Assembly: GCA_964016885.1 (NCBI GenBank)
Contig: OZ024742.1
Location: forward strand, 17,856,001 to 17,920,000
DNA from: Eledone cirrhosa
Lineage: Eukaryota
Length of the DNA stretch: 64,000 nt
Direction of reading: 5' to 3'
Shown: piece by piece, positions 13,404-26,317 of the stretch
Numbering within the stretch: position 1 is the first letter of the stretch
How the letters are laid out: every line of letters begins with the position of its first letter
Translations under genes and position numbers: made by a program
The notes under the pieces: model-generated
Told to the model about the DNA's origin: nothing
The model's database searches: none
What the model saw: the letters and a program-made list of their open reading frames with translations, nothing else

Positions 13404-16400
13404 ACTTTCTATTTATTTGCCACCAGGGCATCAAAGATTGGGACAAATACAAGGGGGGTGGTTACATACATTTCAAAGGACGTTTAAAAACATATAACAA
13501 ATAAAATTCAACAATCGAAGTCCTCAATAGGGAGGGGGCGTTGACGTGGGTCGCACACACCCCCGAAAAAAATGTGCAACTCTCCTCCTCAGGAGCACAA
13601 AGAGCGGGTGCTCCCTTCCTCTCCTCTTTCTTCTCCTCTCTCACCTACAGGCTGATATAGAGAGAAGGCCCATTCACTCGGGCCATTCTCGCCACTTTCA
13701 CCCACCTTTCATAAAATTTGCTGGGGTACAGCACCTCTCTCTCCATTCTGATCCTTCTTCTAAAATGGTACTTGAAAAAAAGGACCAGTTGTTGGCCGGA
13801 GAGAAAGGTGTCTGACCTCAGCCCTTTCAACCTCGTCCACCATACAACCTCTTTCGCTATAGCTATCACACAGAGGAAAACCGCCTCTCCTTCGTTTTTG
13901 AAGGTGGGAGGGGGTTTGATCGTGACAATGTACTCAGTGGTCAACCGGATTGGTCCCACCCGCGACAGTAGTCGTTCCACATAGCCCCACAGGTCAGCAA
14001 CACCCGGGCAGTGTACGAATGCGTGCGCGACGGTTTCCTCGTCACGCACGCATCTCGGACAGATCTTCTTCGAGGGGTCCATACCCGGGCACCCGTGTCT
14101 GTAGAGCTTGTCTCGAACGGGTAGAGCTCCTCGGTAGCACTGCCAAGCCAGGGACTTTTGGAAATTGTCCATCGGTCCCGGGCCAAACGTCCTACCGAAG
14201 AGACTGGCTAGATCGTCTTCCTCCATGCCCAGAGCCTCTCCGAGAGCGTCGTCGCACTTGTTGCGCACCAACCCTCTATATAATGTTGAGGTTGAGTCTC
14301 CACTGATTGCGGGATCCGCTTGCCAGAGGGCTGTGAGCGCCTGGGCACATTTAATGTGCCAGTCGCCCATTTTTCTCGGTCTTTGCTTGACCCAGGATTG
14401 CAGCTCGGTGAGTGAGACGAGTCTCGGAAAGGCTCGACTCACAAAAGGGGCCCACACCGGCAGACCGGTGAGGAATACTTGGAGGTGCCGTAGCCTTAAT
14501 GCGTGTCTACGCATCGTCAGCCACGGCTTCCCCAGCCCTCCGTTCGAAGGGTGTTGACAGTAGATGGATCTTCTCACCAAAGGAATCGGAAGAGCGCGCG
14601 CTCCATTTTGGCGTGTGTTTTCGCTGGGCAAGGCACGACGGTCAAGCGGTAGTAGATGACGGACGTTATATAAGTGTTCGCCACCTCCGCTCGACCTTTC
14701 AGGGATAGTTTGCACTCGGCCCACTTCTGGACGAGTGCAAACACCCTGCCCGTTACCTCGTCCCAGTTTTTCTCCACCTGGGGGTCCGGTCCGAACCAGA
14801 CCCAGAGCAGCTTCACCGGTCCCTCCGTCCAGCGTCCGACGACGCCGTCGGAGGGCATCGGTTTGCCTCTCCACGTTCCGAGTTGCAATCTGACGGACTT
14901 GTCCCGGTTCAGCTTAGCTCCTGTGAACCTTTCGTATTCCTCCACAAAGGTGCCGATCTGCCCGATTTCCGTGGCGCACGACACCATTACTGTCACGTCA
15001 TCGGCGTAGGCCGACACCGCTTTCCGCAATCCCAGTTCCAAGGGGATTCCCTGCAACAGCTCCAACTTCCGCAGTAGTGGCTCGAGAGCCAGCACATACA
15101 GAAGGGAGGAGAGAGGGCATCCCTATCGGATGGATCGTGCGCTTTGGATCGGCTCCGAGAGGTAGCCGTTCACCTTGACCCTCGAGCAGGTGTTGCTGTT
15201 GTGCATTGCAGCAATCCAGCCCCTGAAAACGGGTCCGAAGCCTGCCGCTGCGAGCACCGCATCCAGGTACCGATGGTAGACCATCGAGACCGGGAGATTT
15301 GCGTTTGCCGCATTGGCTCAGCGCTTCCCCTATCTCAGCGGCTGAAATCGGCGTTTCGCAGGATTTCGCCTCCCCGTCCGAGAGCCGCGGCAGACCGTCG
15401 AGGTATGGACCGAAATCCATGGCCTCACCCGGCCCACTGCCCCTCCCGAACAGTTGTGCAAAGCGCCGTTGAAAGGCCGCGCACATCCGCTCAGGTCCAA
15501 GGATCACACGTCCATCCTGGTCCTTCAAAGACCGAATCGTGAACTTGTTTCCACTTTTTGCCTCTGTCACTCGGGCCCAGTTAACAGCTTTGGCTCCTTC
15601 GTTACCCAGGGCACGTACTTTACTCCTGACAACGCAGCCCTCGTGCTTCGCGTCAAAGAGCTGGTCTAGAGCCGTTCTTGACGCCAGCACGCCGGCCACA
15701 TTGCCACTCCTAATCGCCTCTTCTACTCTATCTATCAATTCCCTTTCAGTTCTATTCATATCTGATGCTAATTCCTGACTAAAACCTATCGATTCTATTC
15801 TAATTTCTCTCCTGAGAGAGCCCCACCACCTGCTGTTGACAATTTCCCCCGTCAAACGCTGCTTAACTAAAGTGCTAATCCGCATACTGTAAGCTTTGTT
15901 TGTCGGTAAGGACAAGTTTAGCTTCCAGTAACCGGGTCCTTGTCTATGGGTTCTATTAAGGTTGACCACTCCGGTCACCAACTTGTGATTCGAATAGTCA
16001 ACCATGAACATTCGTGGACAGCTTAATATGTCCCTATCCTCATTTCTAACTAGGAACCTATCTAGGTATGACCTAGATGTTCCGCTAAGATTAGACCACG
16101 TCCACTGTGGCACAGTCAGAAAATCTAGTCGATATCTATCGGCCAGATAAAATCGGCCGATTAACCGTTTGAGGCTATTACACCCCCCTCTATCGGGATA
16201 TGCCCCTACATAGTCCCAACGTGCATCCAGGATACCATTCAAGTCCCCCACTAAATGCAAGGAGCGAGACGTTCCCAGAAAAGTCTCTAGGCGTTGGAAG
16301 AAGTCCGGTCACGGTGTCCCAGATGGGGCATACGCTGCCACCAGCCTGAAGGCTCCACCTTCACTACTGCCGACGTCTAGAACCACCAGTTCGCCCTCCG

Positions 16401-18169
16401 GGTCCAGGTGTACCTTCCGTGTTGCGAGGCCCAGGTGTTTTCGCAGCAGAACGACCACCCCGCCCCCACCCCCGGCTGACAGAGAGATGCATAGATCTCA
16501 AAGTCGTCGAAGATGGGGGCCAGTTGGTGCTTGCTGCTGAGCCTGGACTCGCAAATAGCTATCACATCCATTCTGTGCGACCTGAGGTCATTTAAGAGTT
16601 TGATCTGCTTCCAGGACATCCCCAGGCCGCGCACATTTAAACATCCAACTCTTATAACAGCCATGCTGGTGGTGAAGAGTTTAGAGTGGAGAAAAAAGAA
16701 AATACACTTACCTTTCCTTCTCCTGGGGACCAGGCTGCACAATTTCCATGGGGGTGTCGGCGGGGTTGTTTGGTGGGGGGGAACATCACTGTGTGGTGGG
16801 GTGGTGGTGTTTGGTGGGGGAGGGGTGTCTGGGGTGGTGGTGGGGAAACATTTCAAGAGGACGCGGTTGCTAGGTCTAGTACAGGGTTGTTGTGTGTGGG
16901 GTGGGCAGAAGCGTCTTTTTTTTTGGGGGGGGGGCATTTAAAAGGGGACAGGAAGCCCCCAGGTGGCCACTTCTTGAACAGTGGTAGCATGAAGGCCGCC
17001 TGCCCTCAACAGAAATGTTTATGAAGGCGACTCCATCCAGGGGAACGCCCTGCATTATTCTTGCTATCCGTTCTGGTCTCATTTGGACCAGAACTTCAGG
17101 GCTATTGCCGCCGAATACGCCCCCGGTGGATTCGCCTATCGAAAGGATTGTGTCCTCATCTTCTAAGAATCCCGTTAGCACCCACCAAATGCTCACATTT
17201 GGCCTGATGCCCGAGATTCTTATCTTTTGCGTTCTTTTCCCCAAATATGTGGGGGAAAAGGTGTATGCTTTGGATACAATTGGCGACACAGAATATTCCC
17301 GTGCCGCCAATTCATCTTGCATTAAAACAGATATGCTTCCATACAGTTTCCCTTTCTGTATGAAAGCGATATCCTTCCAGGCACTACTTAGGACCAGCTC
17401 AATTTCGCTTTGGGACAATTGAGCCGGTTTCCTAGTCGCGTTCGAAACTGTCCTAAAAGTTACGGTTCTGAGGACTGTGTCCCTTCTAATTTCTTTGGGG
17501 GAGGTAATTGTGAATTCCCCACCTTCCCAGAAATTTACACAATTCCTTGCTTCTTTCAGCAATTTCTTGGCATTCGAGATGTCCAGTGCCTTGTATGTCT
17601 GCGTTTCTCGAACCGCCTGTGCGAAGGAGACTGCAGCTGTGGGTCCGTTTTCGTGTTGTTATCATTGTTGTTGTTGTTATTCGTGTTGGCTTGCTTTTTT
17701 CCTTTGTTGGTGTTGTCATTATTGCTGTTGTTGGTTGTGTTGTTATTGTCATTGTTGCTGTTGTTGGTTGTGTTGTTATTGTCATTGTTGTTCCTGTTTG
17801 TGTAATTGTTACTTTTGGTGTTTTCACCCATTTCCACAATTTTTTCTTTTGATTCCGTGGTGTCTTTTGCAGGAGTGAGGAGGGAAGGTTTACAGCGTTG
17901 TGCTGCTACCTTCTCTCTATCACTTTCCTTGGGGGACGTGGCATGCGTCGTGTTAATGGCGTCCATTGTCACTAAACGACTTTTTATCGATAACTTATAA
18001 CTATCAAATTTCGCCCCAAAAAATGCGAAATTTATTTTACCCAACGTCTGCAGGCCCAGGCGAGGGGTTAAACACAACAAATAACAAGTAGCTTAAACAA
18101 ACCTACCGCTTCTCGTAATAAATTCCGACAAAATGCAGGAGCGAAACAAAAACACGTCTATCTTCTTCG
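13404..18169 (-). mobile_element. L1/Tx1-clade LINE copy B, diverged subfamily with an internal RT deletion
   Basis: ORF1 ~17966-16876 with CYHCSRSGHLGASC; ORF2 from 16664 (MAVIRVGCLNVRGL) to 13645. RT jumps from SPGLDGLP to YLDAVLAAAG near 15275 (about 400 bp missing relative to copy A). Confidence 0.92.
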
Positions 18170-18205
18170 AGATAGATAGATAGATAGATAGACAGATAGA
18201 TAGAT

Positions 18206-20470
18206 TTATTACCATAAGGGCGCAGAAGAAATGGGACATTACAGGAAGTAAGGCGGGGATTTTAAATTTAAGCGTGTAAACAAAATTTTAACATTCATAA
18301 AATAATAAGTAACAATTGAAATCCCCAATAGGGGGAGCATTACAAGTGGGTTGTTTTACACCCCGTAGATAGAACAAACCTCAACTCCAGGAGCATGTTT
18401 TGTATGTACTCCTGTCTTCTCTCTTTTGTCTTCTTCAACCAACAGGTTTATATACAGAGAAGGTCCAATCACTCTGGCCATTTTCGTCACATTCACCTAC
18501 CTTTCAGCGAATTTACTGGGGTGCAGCACCTCTCTCTCCACTCTCATTCCCTTCTAAAGTGGTATTTAAAGAAGGGAAATAAATTGTTGGCCGGAGAGGA
18601 AGGTGTCTGTCCTCAGTCCTTTCAATCTCGTCCACCATATTACCTTTTTCGCTATAGCCACCAGACAGAGGAAACCGCCTCTCCTTCGTTTTTGAATGAA
18701 GGCGGCGGCGTTATCCTCACGATGGACTCGGCTGTCAACTGGATTTGTCCCACACGTGACAGTAGCTGTTCGACATAGTTCCACAGGTCTGGTTCCATAG
18801 TTCTATAGTTCCTGGGCACTGTAGAATTGCGTGCAGATTGGTTTCAATGTCCTGCTCGCATCTTGGACAGGTCCTTTTGGCCGGATCTCTGGCGGTCTGG
18901 TCCGAACCAGACCCCGAGTAATTTCACCGGTCCTTCCACCCAGCGTCCAACGACGCTGTCGGACGGCATCGGTTTGCCTCTCCACGTGATAAGTTTCAAG
19001 CCGACAGATTTGTCCGGGTTCAGTTTTACTCCAGTCAGCGTTTCGTATTCCTGTAGTAAGTTGCCGATCACCCCGATTTCCAAGGTTTTCGACACCGTTA
19101 CGGTCACGTCGGTGGTATAGGCCGACGCTTCTTTTCACAGTCCTGGTTCCATCGGATGCTCTGCAACAGCTCCAACGTCCGAAGTAGTGGCTCGAGAGTC
19201 AATGTATACAGAACGGAGGAGAGAGGGCATCCCTGTCGGATGAAACGCGTGATTTGGAAAGGCTCCGATAGTTAGCCGTTCACCTTGACTACCGAGCAGA
19301 TATTGCTGTGAATGGCAGCGATCCAGCCTCTGAAGATGGGTCTGAAATCGGCTGCCTTGAGAACCGCTTCCAAGTATTGATGGTCGACCCTATCGAATGC
19401 CTTAGATTGATCTAAATTGATCGGAGCCCCCACCGAAGCCAGGTTTACACCTACCCTCTCTGTGATGTATCACATGAGGTGGGGGTTGTCGCGTATGAAC
19501 TTGTCGGGATTGCGCACGATTGTGCTTCTCCCACTAGGCTCTCGACTACAACCGCCAGCCTCGTTGCTAACACCGTGGCCAAAATCTTCAACACTGTGTT
19601 GAGCAGAATTATAGGCCTAAAATTGCTTATGTTGTCCCCTTTGTTCTCGTCTTTCATGATCAGCGTTACTACGCCTTGGCTTACAGAACTGGGAATTCTC
19701 CCGTTTTGCTGCCAGTTGCAGTATACCTCTTCGAGGACGTTTGAGAACAAGTCTGGCATACCTATATTAAAATTCATAGGGTAGACCATCTAGACCAGGT
19801 GATTTACGCTTCCCACAGCGGCCTAGGGCGTCTTGTATTTCAGCGGCTGTGATCGGCCTTTCGCAGCTCTCCGCATCCATGTTCAAGAGTCGCGGTAAGC
19901 CGTCGAGGTAGGGACTGAAGTCCGTCACCCCGTCCGACACACCGTTCTGCCCGAACAGTTGCGCAAAGTGCTGCTGGAAAGCCATGCACATCTGCCTGGA
20001 TTCAACTAGCACGCGTCCGTCTTGGTCTTTCAAAGACCGAATTGTAGATTTGTTCCCACTTTTCTCTCTGCCACTCGAGCCCAGCTAACAGCTTTCGCTC
20101 CTTCATTTTTCAGAGCACGTGTTCTACTTCTGACAATACAACCTTCGTGTTTCGCGTTGAAGAACTGGTCTAGTGCCGTTCTCGCTGCTAGCACGCCAGC
20201 TGCATTGGCACTCCTAAGTTCCTCTTCTACTTTGGCTACCTATTCCTTCTCTGTCTTGTTCTTCTCTAAAGCTACTTCCTTGCTAAAGGCTATCGATTCT
20301 ATTCTAATTGCTCTCTTGAGAGAGCACCACCAACTGTTGTTGATGATGGCCACCGTCAACTGGCGTTTAGCTAAACTGCTAATCTGTTTACTGTAAGCTT
20401 TACGCGTCGGTAAAGACATGTTTAGCTTCCAGTTTCCGGTCCCTGTCTATGCGTTCTATCAAGGTTCACT
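18206..20470 (-). mobile_element. L1/Tx1-clade LINE copy C, 5'-truncated, most degraded
   Basis: Fragments SPGLDGLPYE, NFRPIILLN, GPVKLLGVWFGPD, WWTRLKGLR with deletions; 3' end followed by (TATC)n at 18170-18205. Confidence 0.88.
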
Positions 20471-20732
20471 AATTTGTGGTCTGAATAGGCAACGATCTGC
20501 ATCGGCAAATCATCCAACCCATAAAATAAATACCCCAAACCACCGACCCAGGAGTAATACATTATTCATCAATCCAGAACCCAAAGAAACATTTACTTTA
20601 ACACAAAGTACAGTGAGCCGAAACAAATACCAATGCACTTAAACCGACGCCCAAACGAGTCTACCAATTCTTTGCTTATGTCATGTAAACATATATACAA
20701 ATAGATATAAATATATATAACTAGTTACAACT

Positions 20733-21200
20733 GTCTTAGTCTTAGTCTTAGTCTTAGGTCCTCCTATGCCCTGGGATAACGTCTTCAGCATCAGTAACAC
20801 CAAGTGTGCCACTACCAGCCCAAATACATATCTCCCCTACAATGTCATGTTTGTCCCTTAGTCTTAGGTTCTCCTATGCCCTGGAGCATATTGGGAAATT
20901 TACAGGATCAGTTGCGGTATCTTGCGTAGTTTCCCAGTCCAGGCCTCTGGAGATTGAGTACCAGGTTTTCTTGAGTCTCCCTTTTTTCTGTTTACCACTG
21001 AGCGGGATCCATCTCATTTCCACAGAGGGATTTTGGTATTCAGATATGCGCAGAATGTGTCCAGCCAGTTTCAGGTACCTTTCAGTGATGATGTCAGTCC
21101 GTATCCTCTGTTTACTTCTCTTCGGCACCTCTACATTAGTAATGCGGCCTCGATAAGTGATTTTCAGGATTTTTCTTAGTTGCAGCTGTACACAGTGGCA
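20733..21200 (-). mobile_element. RTE-like LINE 3' fragment with (AAGACT)n tail
   Basis: LRKILKITYRGRITNVEV...LAGHILR...GKQKKGRLKKTW; tail GTCTTAGTCTTAG at 20733-20756. Confidence 0.7.
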
Positions 21201-21773
21201 GCCTGGCCAGGTTACCAGATTTCCCAATGGCATGTGGGCCCCAGGGGGTTCACGGTAGCATTGCAACATCCCGCAGTAGCATTGCAGGGCCCACTGTAGT
21301 ATTTTAGGGGTAAATACTTTTCTTTCACAAAATACCTGAAAACTAAGAGAAAGAATAAAAAAAAATTTTAAATAAATAAAAAATTAAGCAAAGCATTTCG
21401 TCAACCAATTCCCCAGGGAATTACTAGAAACCAAAATATACCATAGTGCAAATAGCTGGAATCGGTGGTTGTACATTCTACTAAATCTAAAGCTTCATGC
21501 ATGCAAACATACAACCTTAAGTAGGAGCAATAACATTAAGAAACACATGAACGACACCACAACACTTTGTTTTGAAAATTTTGAAAGTAGGTTTATAAGT
21601 ATAAATTTTCGTAAGATTTTCGTAGTTGTCTCTGTGGCCTATCGGTAGGTACTAGAGACGGTGGAGATCCCGGCCTTGGGTTCAATCCTGGTCAAAAGTA
21701 TTGGCAGACCATACTGCCAATACTGGAATTGTATAATCAAGACCGTAGTGGTGTGTCATATATCAAATCATAT

Positions 21774-21836
21774 ATTTTATCTGATGAAGACGTACTGAAA
21801 AAACAACACAGTAACTTTGAAATATATATAATAAAG
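21774..21836 (+). ncRNA. Type I hammerhead-like motif
   Basis: ATTTTAT-CTGATGA-AGACGTACTG...CAGTAACTTT-GAAA-TATATA-TA-ATAAAG. Confidence 0.65.
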
Positions 21837-21980
21837 CATGTATTTTGATTATGTGAATACCTTTTATTTGTTAATATTTTGAATAATATTAAAAACTCCA
21901 GGAAAACCTCTTGTTGAGTGCTTTTAATCTATTGTAAAATTGTATTCATTGAGTAATCAACGAACCATATTAATCTTTGG

Positions 21981-22016
<36 letters not shown>

Positions 22017-22020
<4 letters not shown>

Positions 22021-22130
22021 ATGAAATGACAGGAGACTGGACTTGTGTAAATCCTTGAAAGGTTTATTATACTATAATAAACCTTTCAATGATTTACACA
22101 AGTCCAGCCTCCTGTCATTTCATTATAATA
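22017..22130. repeat. Near-perfect hairpin palindrome (~55-bp arms) in (TA)n
   Basis: ATAATGAAATGACAGGAG...GGTTTATTATA c TATAATAAACC...CTCCTGTCATTTCATTAT. Confidence 0.85.
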
Positions 22131-22265
22131 TTTAACTCCGTACTAGCACCACCAACTACAAAAACAAAGACGGTTGAACTGCTTTACGTTGAGTACTCTC
22201 TATATTATTACATTAAGATTGACCATACGGAATTGACCAGCTCTATCCAGTGGTGAACCTCAACC

Positions 22266-22354
<89 letters not shown>

Positions 22355-22770
22355 GGAAAACAATACCGTCATTTACAAATATATACAAACATGCCCAAAT
22401 ACGTATATCATAGTGTAGTATAACATTGTATAGTATATTCAACTTTTGGTTGTATAAACTACTATTATGCTACTTAGTAAAAACCTGTGCCAGAAGGTAT
22501 TGTGAATAGTTATTATATAAAGTAAAAACCTATTATTATATAAAGCAACGATGGGTCTACGGAAAAAATTACTAAAAGGAAAATAAGTTAGAAAAAGTTT
22601 GGAGGTGGGGGGTTGGCGGAACTAGCATTCGAAATAGAATAAACATTTTAAAATTGCTGTTAAATGAAGTAGGTCAAGAGTTCACTCATAGGAAAGGAGA
22701 AATTGTTAAATTTTGAAAAATGCAGAGCGTGCTTTTGACGTAGGGAAAATATAGGTAGAAGGAAGATAAC

Positions 22771-22943
22771 AGACCTGCCAACCTCTAAAACCCAAATGGG
22801 GTGTATCATTAAAAAAAGTGCCCCAAAACGGGGAGAAATGAAGCAAAATAGGGAGATTTTACATAATGAAAGCTGTAACCATTTTCACAAGAGAAGACAT
22901 ATCTCACCAACTTTGAGGGTGAGTGGGAGATCTCCCCGTCGGA
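22771..22943. mobile_element. Putative small MITE
   Basis: Imperfect terminal inverted repeats AGACCTGCCAAC / GTTTACAGGTCT. Confidence 0.45.
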
Positions 22944-23518
22944 CGGGGAGAGTTTACAGGTCTGAGAAAACTCCATATGGACTACCGACAGCAGTAAGGG
23001 AGGTATGAAATGGAATGGAACTCTGTCGATGAGAGTTCTAGTTGTTTACTTAACAGAACAGTGTACTCATCAAATGAACGTGTAACGAACTAAGCATTAA
23101 GGTGGCAAATTAGTAGAATCGTTAGAACATCGGGTAAACAGCTCTCTAAGTTCAAATCCCGCCAAGGTCAACTTTTCCTTTCATCCTTTCGAGGTCGATA
23201 AGAAAAGTACCAGTCTAGTACCGGGGTGGATTCTTCCTCTATATATCTTTCTCACTTCTTCTCACTCAATTTCTATCCTTCTCTGACATAGATCTACTGT
23301 GTTTAAATCTGGATAAAGATGAACTCTGCCAGAATCCCCTAGAAACGTTATAATTCCAAGAGCTGCAGGATTCAGAGACAGATTGGAACATTCCACCAAA
23401 ACGCATGCACTTAAATTAATGATTGTGTTACACTGTGGGACAAGATTCATCCTTTGAATTACACATACAGTCTAATTAATAAGCTTCTTAACAGACTCTT
23501 TCTACCTAATTTCACTTA

Positions 23519-24077
23519 CTCTCAGGTCTCCAATAATCGCCCCACTTATCTAATTTTTCAAATTGTTTCAACTACTGCGCCCTCCGCTCTTATTCCACCC
23601 CCATCTCTGGCCAGATTTTATTTTAAGTGGTAGCATTCCTGCGACAATTAATTTTCTTTAGATATCAAAAAACATTATACATGACAAAAAAAGTATATTA
23701 CTAGAAATCCCATACAACTAAATGACTAATTCTGGTTTTTAAAAAAATCAACGGAGACAACCTAGAAAACTTACCAATTTTCCACACACACACCCAGCCG
23801 ATTATTCCAACACTCCCGCTTATTCCAACCCCACCCCTCCTATTATTTGGGACCCGGTGGATTGACAGAATCGGTAGAGCGTCAGACAAAATGCTTTTCA
23901 GTATTTAGTTATGACTCTTTACATTCTGAGTTCAAATCTCGCCGAGGTTAGCTTTGCCTTTCTGTCGAAAAAATAAAGTACCAGTAACTTATTGGGGTCG
24001 ATTTAGCCGACTTTCCCCTTCCTTTCAAATTGCTGGCTTTGTGCTAATTGTAGAAACAATTATTTGGGACCCGAGAG
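23519..24077. mobile_element. TA-flanked MITE interrupted by a family-1 SINE (23857-24058) with a target-site duplication
   Basis: TIRs CTCTCAGGTCTCCAATAA / TTATTTGGGACCCGAGAG flanked by TA; ATTATTTGGGACCCG is duplicated on both sides of the SINE. Confidence 0.7.
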
Positions 24078-24244
24078 TACAATGATTACATCGACATAAA
24101 GTTACAGTAAAATGACACTTGAGATGCTCCACAGTAAGATCGAACCCGAGACTTATCGATTGTGAACGACTGCTTAATCATTCGGTCATTCTATGAAAGT
24201 AAGGAGTGGAGTATCTTTAAATGATCAGAAGTCAGAAAAACATA

Positions 24245-24437
24245 ATAATTATTTCTACATTTGGCACAAGGCCAGCAATTATCCCAGTGCATTACTGGTA
24301 CTTTATTTTATCGACCCCGTAAGGATTAAAGGCAAAGTTAACCTCGGCGGGATTTGAATTCAGACCATAAAGGGCCGTAACTCTTTGCTGCAAAGCATGG
24401 CGTCCGACTCTCTACCGATACTGCCAATCCACCGCCC
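24245..24437 (-). mobile_element. tRNA-derived SINE family 1
   Basis: Complete reverse copy of the SINE. Confidence 0.85.
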
Positions 24438-24709
24438 AGAGAAAGATAATAATGAGAAATATTAGAACATGATTTACTGCCCGAGAGCAACAGAGTTTCA
24501 TGAGATAATTGAAAATTGGTGAAAGGTTCTAAAGAATATTAGAGAAGGCTTTAGAGCAGAATGTGCAAAGCCAAATATAATCAATTAAAGATGAAAACAT
24601 GTGTTCTTGTTTGGTGGTTTTAAAAAATAGTTGTTATGGAGGCTATAGATTAAATTTACTGAGGACACAAATTGTCTAGAAAATTAAAAAGAAAATATCA
24701 GATCCATCG

Positions 24710-24872
24710 GAGGGTTAAACCCCCAGCTACGGCTGGTGCTAATTTTCAGCTGAGTACACTGGAGCAAAGTGAAATGAAGTGTTTTGCTCAAGAACACAAG
24801 ACGCAACCCAGGAATAGAATCCACGAAATTAGAATCGTAAATCCAACACCCTTACCACTAGGCCACGTGCCT
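24710..24872 (-). mobile_element. tRNA-derived SINE family 2 (CORE-like)
   Basis: Reverse strand TGGCCTAGTGG A box and GTCTTGTGTTCTTGAGCAAAACACTT CORE-like domain. Confidence 0.65.
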
Positions 24873-25044
24873 CCATTAGAACTTATACACCCCCAAAATC
24901 CCTATCTCAGACATCACCCATATTTCCCAACCCCAAACCTGCTCTAAATATAAGTATGTGGGCGGGGACAAACTTTATCAAGTTGCAGCCGTCAGTTTCT
25001 GATGATCCTTCGATATTGAACTTTTCTCTCTCCGTCAACTACGA

Positions 25045-25132
<88 letters not shown>

Positions 25133-26007
25133 GTGTGTGTGTGTGTGTACCTCTCTGTGTGTCTGTCTGTGTGTGTGTGTATCTGTCTGTCTGTGTGTGT
25201 GTGTATCTGTCTGTCTGTCTGTGTGTGTGTCTGTCTGTCTGTCTGTCTGTGTGTGTGTCTGTATGTGTGTGTCTGTGTGTCTGTGTGTGTGTGTGTGTGT
25301 GTTTGTGTGTGTGTCTGTGTTAGTGTGCAGGGTTGGATTTAGACTTTCAGGGGCCAGAGTCACTTCAGGTTTGGGGGGTCCCTCATACACAAAAAACTGA
25401 ATACACAGAAAACCCCCAAATTTAACATATCAAAGTTAGCTTGGCGCAAGTAACTGGAATTGAAAAGTTTTATACATACAGGTATTAAATTCAAGAATTC
25501 TAACCATCCTAAAACTAAAAATCCCACCTAAGGGTACAAATAAATTGCTACAGTCCACTGCAGAGGGAACGGGACAATTACCCCCTTTGTTTTTCTAGCT
25601 GACTTAAAAAATCCAAATTCCTTGATATACAAAATAGTCAGTAAACCAAAGTATACTTCTAAACCTGTTAGTCAGGTTTAAGTCATTTACTCAAAGGGAC
25701 AATTACCCCCTTTGCCTTCCTCCATTAAATATGGCCCTCTGTATGTATGTGTACAAAGAATATTTTGCTTCTCGGAGTTTCATACAAATGGCGAACCCTT
25801 TATAGCGCTGACCGAAGTATCAGGCGAGTGTGGCAATGGAATGCACCTACATATGTAGTTTAGTTGTTAGTTTTGCTACAATAAGCGACTAATAACACCG
25901 TACTAATGTTACCAACGAATAAACTGGCCGGAGGAAAGTTTCAGCTTTAGTTTGAAAGAGTAGATTACACACACATACAACAGATAAGTTATACATATAT
26001 TTATACA

Positions 26008-26086
<79 letters not shown>

Positions 26087-26223
26087 GCCTATATATATAT
26101 ATATATATAGATATAAATATATATATATATAACGAAGGAAATGTGGTAAGGAACCAGGTGGACCATAACGCACCAAAGTACTCAATACTTGAGGTAGTAG
26201 AGAGGGTAATAGGAACCAGTAAG

Positions 26224-26317
26224 ACCCCGACAGCTGAACTCAAGCCGTTTCGACGGCTAATTCTGGACTAAATGAAAATTTATCCTGGTATTTAAATAGC
26301 CGATCTTCTCAAGGGGT
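26224..26317 (-). ncRNA. Hammerhead-like motif with variant core in PLE pLTR (inverted copy at 30703-30796 +)
   Basis: ACCCC-TTGAGAA-GATCGGCTA...TAGCCGTC-GAAA-CGGCTTGAGYTCAGCTG-TC-GGGGT. Confidence 0.65.

Noticed and set aside
8148-16941. Numerous overlapping and antisense ORFs across the Tx1 copies
   Set aside because: Shadow ORFs of GC-rich LINE coding sequence.
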